Shown piece after piece: positions 23,068-33,710 of a stretch of DNA of 64,000 nt; position 1 is the stretch's first letter; the number at the start of each line of letters is the position of its first letter. Position numbers and translations under genes: made by a program. The stretch comes from a virus (Duplodnaviria > Caudoviricetes). Below the pieces are notes generated by a model. The model saw nothing but the letters and a program-made list of their open reading frames with translations. It did not search any database and was not told the DNA's origin. The stretch is from IMG/VR virus record IMGVR_UViG_3300005989_000005, positions 449-64,448 of that record; one strand, written 5' to 3'.

Positions 23068-25704
23068 ATGGCTAATTGGGAAGAAGAGCTTGGACTAAAT
23101 GATGTCCGTCCTTTTGACAGACCTATGACTGCGGGTAAGAACGACAAAGTAGTGGGTCAAGATGAACTTGGCAACACGCTTTACGAAACTCCTACAGGTC
23201 AACGTTACAGTGTGCGTCCTGCTTCTAAAGAAGAAAGCAAGACAACACGAGGTAAGGTTGAAGATTGGGTTGACGAAGGTGCTCCTCTTCCTAGTTGGGA
23301 CCAGATTGTAGATAGTGCTAAAGCGGCCCCACAAGCTGCCTACGACAGTGTAGCTGGTATGGTTAGGGGTGAGGGCACTTATGGGGATGTTATGGGGGCT
23401 GTGGCCACTATGGCTGCTCCCGGTGCTAGTAAAGCCTTTGACGCTTTTGACCCGAACACCACACGTATGTTCTTTGGGCCTGATAGCCCAGCTGCTGACA
23501 GAGATGCTCTTGATCGAGCGGAACTCATGTCTGAAAAGGGGTACAGCCCTGAGGAAGTTTGGTTAAGTACAGGTTGGTGGAACAGCCCTAATGGATGGCG
23601 ATTTGAAGTGTCTGATAAAGACATGCAAATCCATCCCCAACTCCTCGCAAAAGCAGAAGAGGTCGCACCTACTGGATTAGCTGCCTCTGGTAAATTAACG
23701 GAGGGTGTTAAACACCCTGAGTTTTTTAATGCACTCCCCGATGATGGAAACATAATCCCAGACTTAGGGAAAGTCTTTGTTAGTGTTAAGGATAAAGAAA
23801 GTGGTGCCTACCAAGTGGGCACAGGAAATATCTCTGTAAAAGGAAAAGACAAAGAAACAATTAAGTCTGTCCTTTTGCATGAAATGCAACACCTAGTCCA
23901 AGACGCTGAAAACAATGTTAGTAAGGGTGCAAATCCAGACGCCATTGCAAGTGATTTAAACAAAACACTTAGTCAACTCCCTCGTGATGCCCTTGAATAC
24001 TTAGCAGAGAGACGAGAACGTGATCGCCTAATCTCTCAGCTAGACCTTGCTCGTAAAAACCTTGAAAGCAACACACCTAAAGGTTGGGGGTCTTTTGAGG
24101 TAGACAGCTCTGGTGCTACTGTGGACGATTACACAGATATGATCACAGAGTTAAAACGGGACAGGAACAGCAAAGCTCAAATCTTTCAACGTCAGTTCTC
24201 TCCTGAGTTTAAAAAGTCTATTGATGACTTCTATACAGCTACATTAGGTTTTACTGATTACCTTGAAAAAACAGACGAAGGTGATTGGGTTCCTCTGCCA
24301 AAAGAACAGGCTCTTGAAAAACTTCGTTCTGGTGTAGCTTTTGACTTGTACCAAAGAGACCCCGGTGAAGCTGAGGCCCGTCTTGTACAAACACGTAAAG
24401 ATTTAGATCAAGCTGAGAGGGCTATGCGTTTTCCCGAAAAGGACTACGACATTGACCCGAATACACTGATTGATAAATATGACCTCAGAAAGATCACTAA
24501 CAACATGCTCAGTGAGCTAGATAACGTTAGAGGTCGAAGAGGTTATGCAGAAGGAGGTATGGTGGAAAATCCAAACGTTGACCCGGTGTCGGGCAATCCT
24601 GTTCCAACAGGGGCAAAACCCGAAGAAGTGAGGGACGATGTTCCAATCATGGCTTCCGAAGGTGAATACGTAATTCCTGCTAACGTTGTTCGTTACCTTG
24701 GTCTTGACCGAATTGAAAAGCTTGTAGAGAAAGCTAAAAAAGGTTTGGCAGAGCTTGAGGCAGGTGGACGTATTGGTGGACAAGGAGAAGACGACCTTCC
24801 CTTTTCCCCAGAGGAGTTAATGGCTGTTGAAGAAGAAGCTGTTGCAGATCGTCCTCCGGGTATGGCCGAAGGTGGGATGGTTTCTGGTAATAACGATGAC
24901 GTTGATCCTGTTACAGGGTTGCCGGTATGGTTAACCACTTTCCAGAACGCACCTAAGCCTGCTGCTCCAAGTGTCCCAACAGTGACACCTACAGCTCAAA
25001 AGACCTCTGAAAAAGAGCCTGAAAAAAGCTGGATGGACCGTAAAGATGGGGTTGTATCTAAGCCAACAGGTTTAGCTGCTTCTGTCAATGAGTGGACGGT
25101 TAACGATTTTAATAAGTATGCCACTGCCCGTAATAGTGTAGGTCAAAAAGCAGGACAGGCTCTTGTTGGCATGACTGTACCTTTTGGCGGTATTGCAGGT
25201 AAAATCCGTGAACGTTATCTTGAACGAAACGTTCCTCGTGAAATGGCTTCTATGATTGAAAGCGGTAAAGACCTCCAAGGAAATCCCCTGAGTTCTGCAC
25301 AGCTTGATCAACTAAAGAAAGGCTATTCTCGTATTAGCACAGAGCCTATCTCCGCAGGACGTGGGGTTAGTGGTGTTGCTAATGCAATTCTGCAAGAGAC
25401 AGGATTAGTTAAGCCTCGTCCAGCAGCACCAGAAAAAGCTGCTAAACAGCAGGCCAGAGCACAAAACGATGGTTTGATCAATCGTGCTTTGGACTTCATC
25501 ACTGGTGAACGAAAGCCTCGTGAAACACCTAACACCAGTTCGTCTGACCGAAAAGAAAGTTCAGGTCTGATTGGTAAACGAAGTGGTTCTTCGGGAAATA
25601 GTGACACAGCTCGTAAAGGAAATACCTCTAAGGGTGGTTCAGGCTCTGTGTCTATTAGTGCAAACAAGTCTAGCTCTCGTAGCAAAGATAACAAGAAAAA
25701 ATAA
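23068..25704 (+). CDS. Large internal/ejection protein with LPD23-like, zincin (HExxH) and D-x-VP-x-M-x-S-x-GEYV domains
   Basis: EEVWLSTGW...WRFEVSD; LLHEMQHLVQ; GEAEAR; DDVPIMASEGEYVIPANVV. Confidence 0.7.
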   Translation: MANWEEELGLNDVRPFDRPMTAGKNDKVVGQDELGNTLYETPTGQRYSVRPASKEESKTTRGKVEDWVDEGAPLPSWDQIVDSAKAAPQAAYDSVAGMVRGEGTYGDVMGAVATMAAPGASKAFDAFDPNTTRMFFGPDSPAADRDALDRAELMSEKGYSPEEVWLSTGWWNSPNGWRFEVSDKDMQIHPQLLAKAEEVAPTGLAASGKLTEGVKHPEFFNALPDDGNIIPDLGKVFVSVKDKESGAYQVGTGNISVKGKDKETIKSVLLHEMQHLVQDAENNVSKGANPDAIASDLNKTLSQLPRDALEYLAERRERDRLISQLDLARKNLESNTPKGWGSFEVDSSGATVDDYTDMITELKRDRNSKAQIFQRQFSPEFKKSIDDFYTATLGFTDYLEKTDEGDWVPLPKEQALEKLRSGVAFDLYQRDPGEAEARLVQTRKDLDQAERAMRFPEKDYDIDPNTLIDKYDLRKITNNMLSELDNVRGRRGYAEGGMVENPNVDPVSGNPVPTGAKPEEVRDDVPIMASEGEYVIPANVVRYLGLDRIEKLVEKAKKGLAELEAGGRIGGQGEDDLPFSPEELMAVEEEAVADRPPGMAEGGMVSGNNDDVDPVTGLPVWLTTFQNAPKPAAPSVPTVTPTAQKTSEKEPEKSWMDRKDGVVSKPTGLAASVNEWTVNDFNKYATARNSVGQKAGQALVGMTVPFGGIAGKIRERYLERNVPREMASMIESGKDLQGNPLSSAQLDQLKKGYSRISTEPISAGRGVSGVANAILQETGLVKPRPAAPEKAAKQQARAQNDGLINRALDFITGERKPRETPNTSSSDRKESSGLIGKRSGSSGNSDTARKGNTSKGGSGSVSISANKSSSRSKDNKKK

Positions 25705-25748
25705 CAATGGCGACCCATCAATGGTGATGGCCCCAGAAGGAAACATTA

Positions 25749-26558
25749 ATGTCTGATTATATCGCACCCCGTTCTGTCAAGCGTCTTGAAGATGAAATTG
25801 CAGAGCTGGAAAAACAGTTTACGCCTGAGGAGGAAGAAGAGGAAGAAGAGCAGGAGGAAGGACAGGTTGAAACGGAAGTTGAAACTAATGTCGAACCTCA
25901 GGAACCTCTCTCTAAAGAAGAGGAAACTTTCCGAAAACGCTATTCTGATCTTCGTCGCCACAGTCAAAAACTGGCGGATCAGTTAAAAGAAGTGGAAGCC
26001 AAACTTCTCCAAGCTGAAAAGCAAAAAACCTCCCCCGGTCTTCCGACCGCAGAGGAGGCTGAGGAGTGGGCTAAAGCTAACCCAAAAGCAGCTGCAATCA
26101 TTCGTGCACTAGCTGCTAACGAGACAGCAAACAGTTCTGCTGAACTGAATACGATTAAAGAAAAACTTAATCGTGCTGAACAAGAAGCCCGTATTGTTAA
26201 AGCCCACCCGGACTTTGAAGACATTACGGCAGAAGACGAATTTCACGACTGGGCTGAACAGCAGCCTGCGAGTGTACAGAAACTCATCTACAGCTCGTCT
26301 GCGGATGATGTGATCTGGGCTATCGGTCAGTATAAAAAAGAAACCAAGACCGAAAAACCCAATCCTCGGAAAGAGGCAGCTAAAGCTGTTTCTTCCAAAG
26401 CTACATCTGCTGAACCTAAGACCGAAGGTAAGGGGCGCTTTACCGAGTCTATGGTTAGCAAAATGTCGATGCAAGAGTATGAAAAGAATGAAGCCGCTAT
26501 TCAAGAATCAATGAAGAACGGTACATTCGTTTACGACCTCTCTGGCGCGGCACGATAA
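25749..26558 (+). CDS. Capsid scaffolding protein
   Basis: Acidic coiled coil (KRYSDLRRH...HPDF) directly before the capsid gene. Confidence 0.8.
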   Translation: MSDYIAPRSVKRLEDEIAELEKQFTPEEEEEEEEQEEGQVETEVETNVEPQEPLSKEEETFRKRYSDLRRHSQKLADQLKEVEAKLLQAEKQKTSPGLPTAEEAEEWAKANPKAAAIIRALAANETANSSAELNTIKEKLNRAEQEARIVKAHPDFEDITAEDEFHDWAEQQPASVQKLIYSSSADDVIWAIGQYKKETKTEKPNPRKEAAKAVSSKATSAEPKTEGKGRFTESMVSKMSMQEYEKNEAAIQESMKNGTFVYDLSGAAR

Positions 26559-26722
26559 TCTGGCCCCTTAACAGGCTCCCCAGATTGATATAAACACAAA
26601 AGCTTACCCAATCAAGTAGTGGCCGAGGGACGTGGGCACACGTTTCCTCCACCCGCCAAAGATGGCCCTTGTGTGTTGATGGTCGTACTAACTATCTTTC
26701 CCATCAACAAAGGATTAATATT

Positions 26723-27790
26723 ATGGCTTTTAAAGCTGCTGCGGGTCATGGCTCGCTTCCTAATGGCGTCTTTTCGCCGATCATCTACTCCAAAAAGGCC
26801 CAGCTGGCTTTCCGCCGTTCCTCGGTCATTCAGGCAATTACCAACACTGAGTATTTCGGTGAGATTGCTTCGTTCGGTGACGCGGTTAAAATTATCAAAG
26901 AGCCGGAAGTGGCAATCCGCCCCTACGCTCGTGGTAAGATTATCCAGCCGCAAGACCTCGTGGATGAAGACTTCACGCTGGTCATCGACCAAGCTAACGA
27001 GTTTGCCTTCCAGCTGGAAGACATCGAGCAGGCCCATTCGCACATCAACTGGATGTCGCTGGCAACTGACCGTGCTGGTTTCAAACTGCGTGACCAGTTT
27101 GACGCCGAAGTGCTTGGCTACCTGACAGGCTTCAAGCAGTCGGTCATCGGCAACCCGGCTGACACCCTGCGTGTTCTGGCTGACATGCCCGGCACCCGTG
27201 CTGTTAGCTCGGCTGGTGTGGACGAACTTCTGGCCTCCAACAAACTGAACCGTCTGTCGTTCCTCGCGGCTGGTGGTGACAACTCCATCCCGGTGGCCCC
27301 GCGCTTCCCCGGCCAGCAGACTAAGCCCACCGACCTCGTGTCGCCGCTTACCATTCTGGCTCGTATGGCTCGTAACCTCGATCTGCAAAACGTGGATCAG
27401 AACGGTCGTTGGTTGGTCATTGACCCGGTCTTTGCAGAAATGCTCAAAGACGAAGACAGCCGTCTGTTCAACGCTGACTACTCCGAAAAGGGTGGCCTGC
27501 GTAATGGTCAGATCGGGAAGCAAATCCACGGCTTCACCATCTACATGTCGAACTCGCTGCCGCGTGTTGGTACGGGTCCGACCACGGTTGGTACAACGTC
27601 TCAGAACGCCAACTACGGTGTTATCGTTGCTGGTCACAGCTCGGCTGTTGCCTCGGCAGAAAACCTGACCAAGACTGAAACGTTCCGTTCGCAGGAAACG
27701 TTCGCGGACGTGGTTCGTGGTCTGCACGTTTACGGTCGCAAAATCCTTCGTCCCGAAGGCCTCGTGACTGCAAAATACAACGTCGCGTAA
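26723..27790 (+). CDS. Major capsid protein
   Basis: FSPIIYSKK...YFGEI...GDAVKIIKEP...GLHVYGRKILRPE; biased codon usage; terminator follows. Confidence 0.92.
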   Translation: MAFKAAAGHGSLPNGVFSPIIYSKKAQLAFRRSSVIQAITNTEYFGEIASFGDAVKIIKEPEVAIRPYARGKIIQPQDLVDEDFTLVIDQANEFAFQLEDIEQAHSHINWMSLATDRAGFKLRDQFDAEVLGYLTGFKQSVIGNPADTLRVLADMPGTRAVSSAGVDELLASNKLNRLSFLAAGGDNSIPVAPRFPGQQTKPTDLVSPLTILARMARNLDLQNVDQNGRWLVIDPVFAEMLKDEDSRLFNADYSEKGGLRNGQIGKQIHGFTIYMSNSLPRVGTGPTTVGTTSQNANYGVIVAGHSSAVASAENLTKTETFRSQETFADVVRGLHVYGRKILRPEGLVTAKYNVA

Positions 27791-27797
27791 TGAAACT

Positions 27798-27826
27798 GGG
27801 AGGGCTTAACGGCCCTCCTCTTTCTT
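27798..27826 (+). terminator. Rho-independent terminator
   Basis: GGAGGGC-TTAACG-GCCCTCC plus T-rich tract. Confidence 0.75.
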
Positions 27827-27842
27827 GGAAAAGGATATAAAT

Positions 27843-28304
27843 ATGCCTACGCTTAACAGCGCACGTCGTAACACCTCTGGTATTCTGGACGGTGGTTACA
27901 AGAACTTCGCACGGGTTCTGGACTTTAACCTGAACTTGGCTGCTGATGTTACTATGGGTACTGCTACGGATGACGTGCAGCTGGCAACTCTGCCCGCTGG
28001 TGCTGTTGTTCTGGCTGCTACCGTCCAACAGGTTGGTGTTGGTACTGGCACGGGTACGCTGGCGCTGCGCGTCGGTACTACCGCTGTGACTGGTACTTTG
28101 GCCTCGACAGCTACCGTCGGCACTGTTGCAGCTACGGTCCCTGCCGCCATTCCGCTGGTTGTCCCGGCTGCTGGTGCAGAACTGAACCTGCTTGGTGCCA
28201 CCGCTGTCCGTACGGACGGTGTGGTTCGTGTTGTGGTGGTTGTGGCCGAAGGTGATCGTTCGCCTCGTGTACCGGAACTGACCGACCGTGACACCCTTGC
28301 CTAA
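27843..28304 (+). CDS. Capsid decoration/cement protein (probable)
   Basis: A/T/V-rich with LPAGAVVL motif; high-expression codon bias; follows MCP. Confidence 0.65.
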   Translation: MPTLNSARRNTSGILDGGYKNFARVLDFNLNLAADVTMGTATDDVQLATLPAGAVVLAATVQQVGVGTGTGTLALRVGTTAVTGTLASTATVGTVAATVPAAIPLVVPAAGAELNLLGATAVRTDGVVRVVVVVAEGDRSPRVPELTDRDTLA

Positions 28305-28312
28305 TTGAACTA

Positions 28313-28346
28313 AGGGGGCGGGGGCTTTTGCCCTTGCCCCTCTTTT
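28313..28346 (+). terminator. Rho-independent terminator
   Basis: GC-rich stem with TTTT loop followed by CTTTT. Confidence 0.75.
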
Positions 28347-28361
28347 ATGACGAGGATTTAA

Positions 28362-29048
28362 ATGCCCTACAATTATCTTGAGCTTGTCAATGATGTCAAC
28401 AAGCGTTTAAATGAGGTTCCTCTTACCTCGTCCAACTTTGCCTCTGCTGCTGGTTACTATGCTGATGTGAAGGGGTATGTTAATGCTGCTCTTAATCGTA
28501 TTAACCGAGAAGAGTTTGAATGGCCCTTTAACCACACGACATACACACAAGCGTTAACTATTGACCAATCACGCTACAATCACCAAGCAGATGCAAAAAC
28601 TGTGGCATTCGACACTTTTCGAGTAAAAGGTGATGACACACTAAATGTCACCTCTCGTCGCTTACGGGTGATGGATTACGAAGAGTATCTAAACAACTAT
28701 CCAGATTACGAGTTTAACCCAGCAGATTACCACGATGCTCCTCAGTTTATCGTACGTAATCGTAACCTCTCTTACACTATCGCCCCTCCGCCTGATCAAG
28801 CTTATGAGGTCTTGTACGAGTATTATCGTCTGCCTGTTGATCTTGTTGACTGGGACGATGTACCCACTGTACCAGAGCAATTTAGGTGGGTTATTCTTGA
28901 GGGAGCTATGTACCATGCGTACATGTTCCGTGGTGGACTAGAAGAGGCTGCTATTTCTAATCAGCTCTTTCAGTCTGGTATTAAAGACATGCGTAAGCTG
29001 TATATCAATCGTTATGAGTACACCCGTTCAACAGTCATTAGGTCGTGA
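28362..29048 (+). CDS. Tail adaptor (tubular protein A-like)
   Basis: YLELVNDV..RLNEV..L; PPPDQAY...Y..P.DL...D.P.VP. Confidence 0.8.
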   Translation: MPYNYLELVNDVNKRLNEVPLTSSNFASAAGYYADVKGYVNAALNRINREEFEWPFNHTTYTQALTIDQSRYNHQADAKTVAFDTFRVKGDDTLNVTSRRLRVMDYEEYLNNYPDYEFNPADYHDAPQFIVRNRNLSYTIAPPPDQAYEVLYEYYRLPVDLVDWDDVPTVPEQFRWVILEGAMYHAYMFRGGLEEAAISNQLFQSGIKDMRKLYINRYEYTRSTVIRS

Positions 29049-29055
29049 GGTTTAA

Positions 29056-30573
29056 ATGCCTACTAGGTGGGAAACATTTCCGATTCAACTTCAAGGCGGT
29101 TTAACCACCAATCTTGGTCGTCTTGAGCAAGGGATCAGTGCTCCCGGTAGTGCTACAATCCTACAAAACTTTGAGCCAGACGTTAAAGGTGGCTACACTC
29201 GTATCCTTGGCTACACAAAGTTTAGCGAAACAGCTGTCCCCGGAACAGGGCTAATTCATGGGGTTGTTGCTTATGGAGCCTCTGAGGCACTTGTTGCCAG
29301 AGGGGGAAATTACTACAGAGGGTCTGGTGGAGCTTGGACAAGTATTCTCGCCATCATTAACCCAACTATCAATCGTATTAGAGCAGACACGTATGACTTT
29401 ACAGGGGACCGTAAATACGTTGTAGTAGACGCGGTTAACCCCCCAGCATATTTTAATGCTGTAGCGGGAACCATGGCATATGCTGTAGGCGCTCCTGCTG
29501 ACGTGGTTGGGGCTGACCGAGTAAGGGTTTTTAAAAACCACCTGTTCTTCTCAAAAGGACGTTTCCTTAGCTTTAGCTCCCCATTCCTTGAAAGTGATTT
29601 TCTTCCTGCCAATGGTGCAGGTGTTATCAACGTTGGAGACGAGATTACAGGTTTGATGGTCTTTCGTGATCAGCTGATTGTGTTCTGTCTTAATCGTATC
29701 TATCGTGTCTCTGGCAGCTCTGTCTCTGACTTCGTCCTGTCTCCAATCACCAACAACACAGGTTGCTTGTGTGGGGATACGGTTCAGGAAGTTGGTGGTG
29801 ACATCATGTACCTCGGTCCTGATGGTATCCGCTACCTTAGTGCATCTGAACGAGACAATGATTTTGGTCTGACAAGAGCTTCTGAAAAAATTCAGAGCAA
29901 GGTGTCGGAGATTACCAATGCAAACTGTCTTTTCTCGTCTGTAACCATCTCCGCTAAGAACCAGTACCGATTGTTTTACTATTTGTCTAACGTCAGCACA
30001 GAAAACTCTAAAGGTTTCCTCGGGACTAAGTATTCCAATCAGACAGCAGATAATATTGCTTGGGCTGAGATGAAGGGCTTTAAGATTTATGGTCTGGGTA
30101 AGTATCAAGCACGAGACAAAGAAACAATTTTGTTTGTTGGTGATACTGGGTTTGTCTATCGTATGGAGTCTGGAAACGGTCTAGACGGGACAGATATTGA
30201 GGCAATCTTTGAGACGCCTTTTATGCCTATCAATGACCCCAAGATACGAAAGACGATGTACAAACACACATTGTATGCTCGTCCCTCTGGTGGCCTGAAC
30301 ATTACAGGCTTGCTTAAGTTTGACTACACACAACCTAACTCTTCTCCTGCTTCTCCGTTCTCTGTGACCTTTACATCTGGATCGTCTACCTATGGTGACG
30401 TTATGGCAGTGTACGGAACTTCAACGTATGGTTCACCAGCAGAAGAACAGTTTTACAATAACGTGAATGGTAGTGGATTTGTTGTTGCTGCTCGTTATAC
30501 ATCACTGGGACAAACTCCCCCATACAACCTGAACTTTGTTGTTCTTGAATACAGAACAAACGAAAGGAGATAA
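29056..30573 (+). CDS. Tail nozzle (tubular protein B-like)
   Basis: Beta-propeller-like, 505 aa; position after the adaptor. Confidence 0.8.
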   Translation: MPTRWETFPIQLQGGLTTNLGRLEQGISAPGSATILQNFEPDVKGGYTRILGYTKFSETAVPGTGLIHGVVAYGASEALVARGGNYYRGSGGAWTSILAIINPTINRIRADTYDFTGDRKYVVVDAVNPPAYFNAVAGTMAYAVGAPADVVGADRVRVFKNHLFFSKGRFLSFSSPFLESDFLPANGAGVINVGDEITGLMVFRDQLIVFCLNRIYRVSGSSVSDFVLSPITNNTGCLCGDTVQEVGGDIMYLGPDGIRYLSASERDNDFGLTRASEKIQSKVSEITNANCLFSSVTISAKNQYRLFYYLSNVSTENSKGFLGTKYSNQTADNIAWAEMKGFKIYGLGKYQARDKETILFVGDTGFVYRMESGNGLDGTDIEAIFETPFMPINDPKIRKTMYKHTLYARPSGGLNITGLLKFDYTQPNSSPASPFSVTFTSGSSTYGDVMAVYGTSTYGSPAEEQFYNNVNGSGFVVAARYTSLGQTPPYNLNFVVLEYRTNERR

Positions 30574-30575
30574 TA

Positions 30576-32216
30576 ATGACGGGCTATGTCCGCACGGACA
30601 CTACTAACCAAATTGCCAACGGCAACACAATTGATGCTATTCCTCTTGATAGTGAATATGATGCTATCCAAGCTGCCTTCGCTAACGTAAGTGGTCACAC
30701 CCATAGTGGGGCTACAGGAGAGGGTGGGCCTATTACGGTCATTGGTCCTGCTCAACAGGTCGTTGCCTCGTCTAACAGTTTGTCACCTAATGCTGATAAT
30801 ACTATGGACCTTGGTACCACATCCTTTGAGTGGAAAGACTTATGGATTGACGGCGTAGCCAACATTGACAGCCTTGTAGCAGACACAGCTGACATTAATG
30901 CTGGTACAATTGACAACACAACAATTGGTGCTACGACAGCTACAACCATTCGTGGAACAACTATTACAGCCACTACAGGTTTTGTTGGCAACCTTACAGG
31001 CAATGCTTCAACAGCCACCACTACCGCTACAGCAACTACAGCTACGACCCTTGCCACACCTCGTACAATTAATGGCACCTTGTTTGATGGCTCTGCCAAC
31101 ATTGTTACGACAAACTGGGGCACCTCTCGTAGCATTACGATTGGTGGCACAGCCCGTGCTGTAGATGGCTCTGCCCCCGTCACTTGGTCTCTTGCAGATA
31201 TTGGTGTAGGGACACTTGGTACACAAAACTCTGGTGCTGTAACAATCACTGGTGGTACTATCACAGGTATTACAGACCTTACAGTTGCAGACGGTGGTAC
31301 GGGTGTTAGCACGATCACTGGTATTATTCGTGGTAACGGTACATCACCCTTCACCGCCGCTGTGGCAGGGACCGACTTCCTTGCACCTTCTGCTATTGGC
31401 ACGACAATACAAGCTTTTGATGCAGGTTTGCAATCTATTGCAGGTTTGACGACGCTTGCAGACCGTATGATCTACACCACTGCTTCTGATGTCTATGCAG
31501 TGACCCCTCTTACCAGTTTTGCTCGTAGCATCCTTGATGATGCAGATGCAGTAACTGTAAGAGGTACAATTGGTGCTCAGGCATCAGACGCTACCCTTAC
31601 ATCTCTCTCTGGTCTCTCTCTTGTAGCTGGTGATGTTATCTACGCAACTGGGGCAGATACCTTTGTTAGACTAGGTATTGGCTCAACAGATCAGGTTCTT
31701 ACAGTTAGTGGAGGTGTACCTGCTTGGGTCACTCTGCCTTCTTCGGGTATTGCCTTAGGAACGCCTGTTGCTGCATCTGGGACACAAGTTGATTTTACTG
31801 GCATCCCTTCTACTGCTAAACGAGTTACAGTCCTTCTCTCTGAGGTCTCACACAACGCTGGTGGCAGCGTTTCAATCGGCGTGCAGATCGGAGACAGCGG
31901 AGGGATCGAAACAACTGGATACACCGGGGCTGTGCGAGATCAGAACGGGCCGACCACTGCCGCATTCAGCGCAAGTTTCTTGCTCACCCCAGTGATAGGC
32001 GGTGCGTCGCAAATCATCCATGGGCGCATGGTTTTGGAGTGCGTTGACCCCGCGACAAATCTCTGGGTTGCGGTCGGTCAAGCTGCAAACAACACCAGCA
32101 CCATCATGTCATCGTCCTCCGGCAGCAAAACCCTTTCCGCAACGCTTGACCGCGTTCGCATTCTTCTCAGCTCTGGATCGTTCGACGCTGGCACCGTCAA
32201 CGTGTCGTGGGAATAA
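30576..32216 (+). CDS. Tail fibre protein
   Basis: N-terminal GHTHSG..GEGGPI, LATPRTING..FDGSANI repeats, GC-richer C-terminal tip (DFTGIPS...TLDRVRI). Confidence 0.85.
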   Translation: MTGYVRTDTTNQIANGNTIDAIPLDSEYDAIQAAFANVSGHTHSGATGEGGPITVIGPAQQVVASSNSLSPNADNTMDLGTTSFEWKDLWIDGVANIDSLVADTADINAGTIDNTTIGATTATTIRGTTITATTGFVGNLTGNASTATTTATATTATTLATPRTINGTLFDGSANIVTTNWGTSRSITIGGTARAVDGSAPVTWSLADIGVGTLGTQNSGAVTITGGTITGITDLTVADGGTGVSTITGIIRGNGTSPFTAAVAGTDFLAPSAIGTTIQAFDAGLQSIAGLTTLADRMIYTTASDVYAVTPLTSFARSILDDADAVTVRGTIGAQASDATLTSLSGLSLVAGDVIYATGADTFVRLGIGSTDQVLTVSGGVPAWVTLPSSGIALGTPVAASGTQVDFTGIPSTAKRVTVLLSEVSHNAGGSVSIGVQIGDSGGIETTGYTGAVRDQNGPTTAAFSASFLLTPVIGGASQIIHGRMVLECVDPATNLWVAVGQAANNTSTIMSSSSGSKTLSATLDRVRILLSSGSFDAGTVNVSWE

Positions 32217-32230
32217 TTTTAGAGGTAATT

Positions 32231-32413
32231 ATGGCTAAACGTCCTACAGTAAGTGAGATGATGTCTGTTGCTGACAAGCGACTTGGAAAAACTACAGGGG
32301 CCTCTAAAGGCAAAAAGCCTGCGCCTAAAGGCTCTTTTAAAGGCAGCCGTCCTCGTGTAAATGCCAAAGATGGCCTTCACGGCCTAAAACTTAAATATAC
32401 GAAGAAGTTCTAA
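32231..32413 (+). CDS. Small basic protein
   Basis: 60 aa, SD GAGG. Confidence 0.6.
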   Translation: MAKRPTVSEMMSVADKRLGKTTGASKGKKPAPKGSFKGSRPRVNAKDGLHGLKLKYTKKF

Positions 32414-32416
32414 GGT

Positions 32417-32683
32417 ATGCTGCCAGAACTCATCTCAATAATTAATCTTGTAATGCAATACCTCATCGTACCTGCTATTGTGTGGGTCTTCTGGCTTCAC
32501 AAAGATTTAGTCATCTTACAGACAGAAGTTGCAGTGTTACGAGCAGAAGCCACAGCAAGAGACCGAGCTAGGAAAGAGGAACGAGAAACGTTCTCTAAAC
32601 AGCTAGACCAAATCTTAGTGGCAGTTAATAGCATTAATGGTCGTATTGACAACATGATGAATAGTAACAATAGTAACCATTAG
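32417..32683 (+). CDS. Membrane-anchored coiled-coil protein (holin-like)
   Basis: N-terminal TM then coiled coil; precedes the endolysin. Confidence 0.55.
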   Translation: MLPELISIINLVMQYLIVPAIVWVFWLHKDLVILQTEVAVLRAEATARDRARKEERETFSKQLDQILVAVNSINGRIDNMMNSNNSNH

Positions 32684-32733
32684 GTTATATATTCTTAGGG
32701 GTGGCGGAAAGTTTTTAAAACCAACCCTTATTA

Positions 32734-32761
32734 TATATAATCAAAAATTGACCCTTGTCAA
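32734..32761 (-). promoter_or_regulatory. TTGACA-N16-TATATA motif, antisense to lysis genes
   Basis: Intergenic upstream of the endolysin. Confidence 0.4.
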
Positions 32762-32797
32762 GGGGTAAATGAAAATAAATTTTCCCTTGGAGGTAAG

Positions 32798-33238
32798 ATG
32801 AGGAAGATTAACGAGATTATCCTGCATTGTAGTGATACTCGTCCTAATTGGATGGGTAATCGTACTACCTCGTCTAAGGTCGCTGAGATCAGGCGTTGGC
32901 ACAAGCAGGAACGAAAATGGAGTGATATTGGTTATCATTTCGTTATCGACAGGGACGGAACTGTTGCTAAGGGTCGTCCCTTAAGTCGAGTTGGTGCCCA
33001 CGTAGTAGGTAAGAACGCTTTTAGTGTTGGTGTCTGTCTTATCGGTGGACATGGTGCTAGTGCAGATGACGACTTCTATGAGAACTTTACAGAAGCACAG
33101 AACGTTGCTGTTCGTCAACTTATAGAAGACCTTCGTAAACAGTTCCCGGAAATTTTTTTGATAACGGGTCATAATCAATACGCTGCCAAAGCCTGTCCGG
33201 GCTTTCGTGTTGGCAAATTCTTAGGAGAGAAAAAATGA
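32798..33238 (+). CDS. Endolysin, N-acetylmuramoyl-L-alanine amidase (T7 lysozyme-like)
   Basis: IILHCSDT, WSDIGYHF, GAHV.G.N, GHNQ..KACP. Confidence 0.93.
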   Translation: MRKINEIILHCSDTRPNWMGNRTTSSKVAEIRRWHKQERKWSDIGYHFVIDRDGTVAKGRPLSRVGAHVVGKNAFSVGVCLIGGHGASADDDFYENFTEAQNVAVRQLIEDLRKQFPEIFLITGHNQYAAKACPGFRVGKFLGEKK

Positions 33239-33417
33239 AAACTTGGCTCATCACTCGTTTGAAAGAGAAAACCACTTGGGCTGGTATTGCTACCGTCATT
33301 GGTTCGCTTAGCTTCATTCCAAATGCAGCTGAATGGTCCACTGTGGTGATTGCTGCTGGTACAGCTATTGCTGGTGCCATTTCCATTCTGGCAAAAGAAG
33401 CCCCCAAATCCGAGTGA
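33235..33417 (+). CDS. Holin (probable)
   Basis: RLKEKTTWAG plus two TM helices. Confidence 0.75.
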   Translation: MKTWLITRLKEKTTWAGIATVIGSLSFIPNAAEWSTVVIAAGTAIAGAISILAKEAPKSE

Positions 33418-33428
33418 TTGGAAAATAG

Positions 33429-33710
33429 ATGTTAGCCACGCTTGTTAGCAAATTTATGGCATGGCTTGGTGGTCGGGGTCTGCGTATTCTCGTACGTCAG
33501 ATCGCCGACGCACTAGAAGAGGCCGAAGTTGATAGAGACTATAAACTGGCTATGCAAGAGCTTGCTTTGATGGAAGCGCAAGCTGGTAACTCGGCAAGGG
33601 ATGCAGAAGCCCACAGGAGAATGAACGATGTGGAAATTGGCACAGGTGCTTCTGATGACGCTGTTATTGAGCGCCTGCGTAAGCTCGCAGACAAGCCCGC
33701 CAAGAGCTGA
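33429..33710 (+). CDS. i-spanin-like protein
   Basis: N-terminal hydrophobic segment, coiled coil; overlaps the lipoprotein ORF. Confidence 0.6.
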   Translation: MLATLVSKFMAWLGGRGLRILVRQIADALEEAEVDRDYKLAMQELALMEAQAGNSARDAEAHRRMNDVEIGTGASDDAVIERLRKLADKPAKS

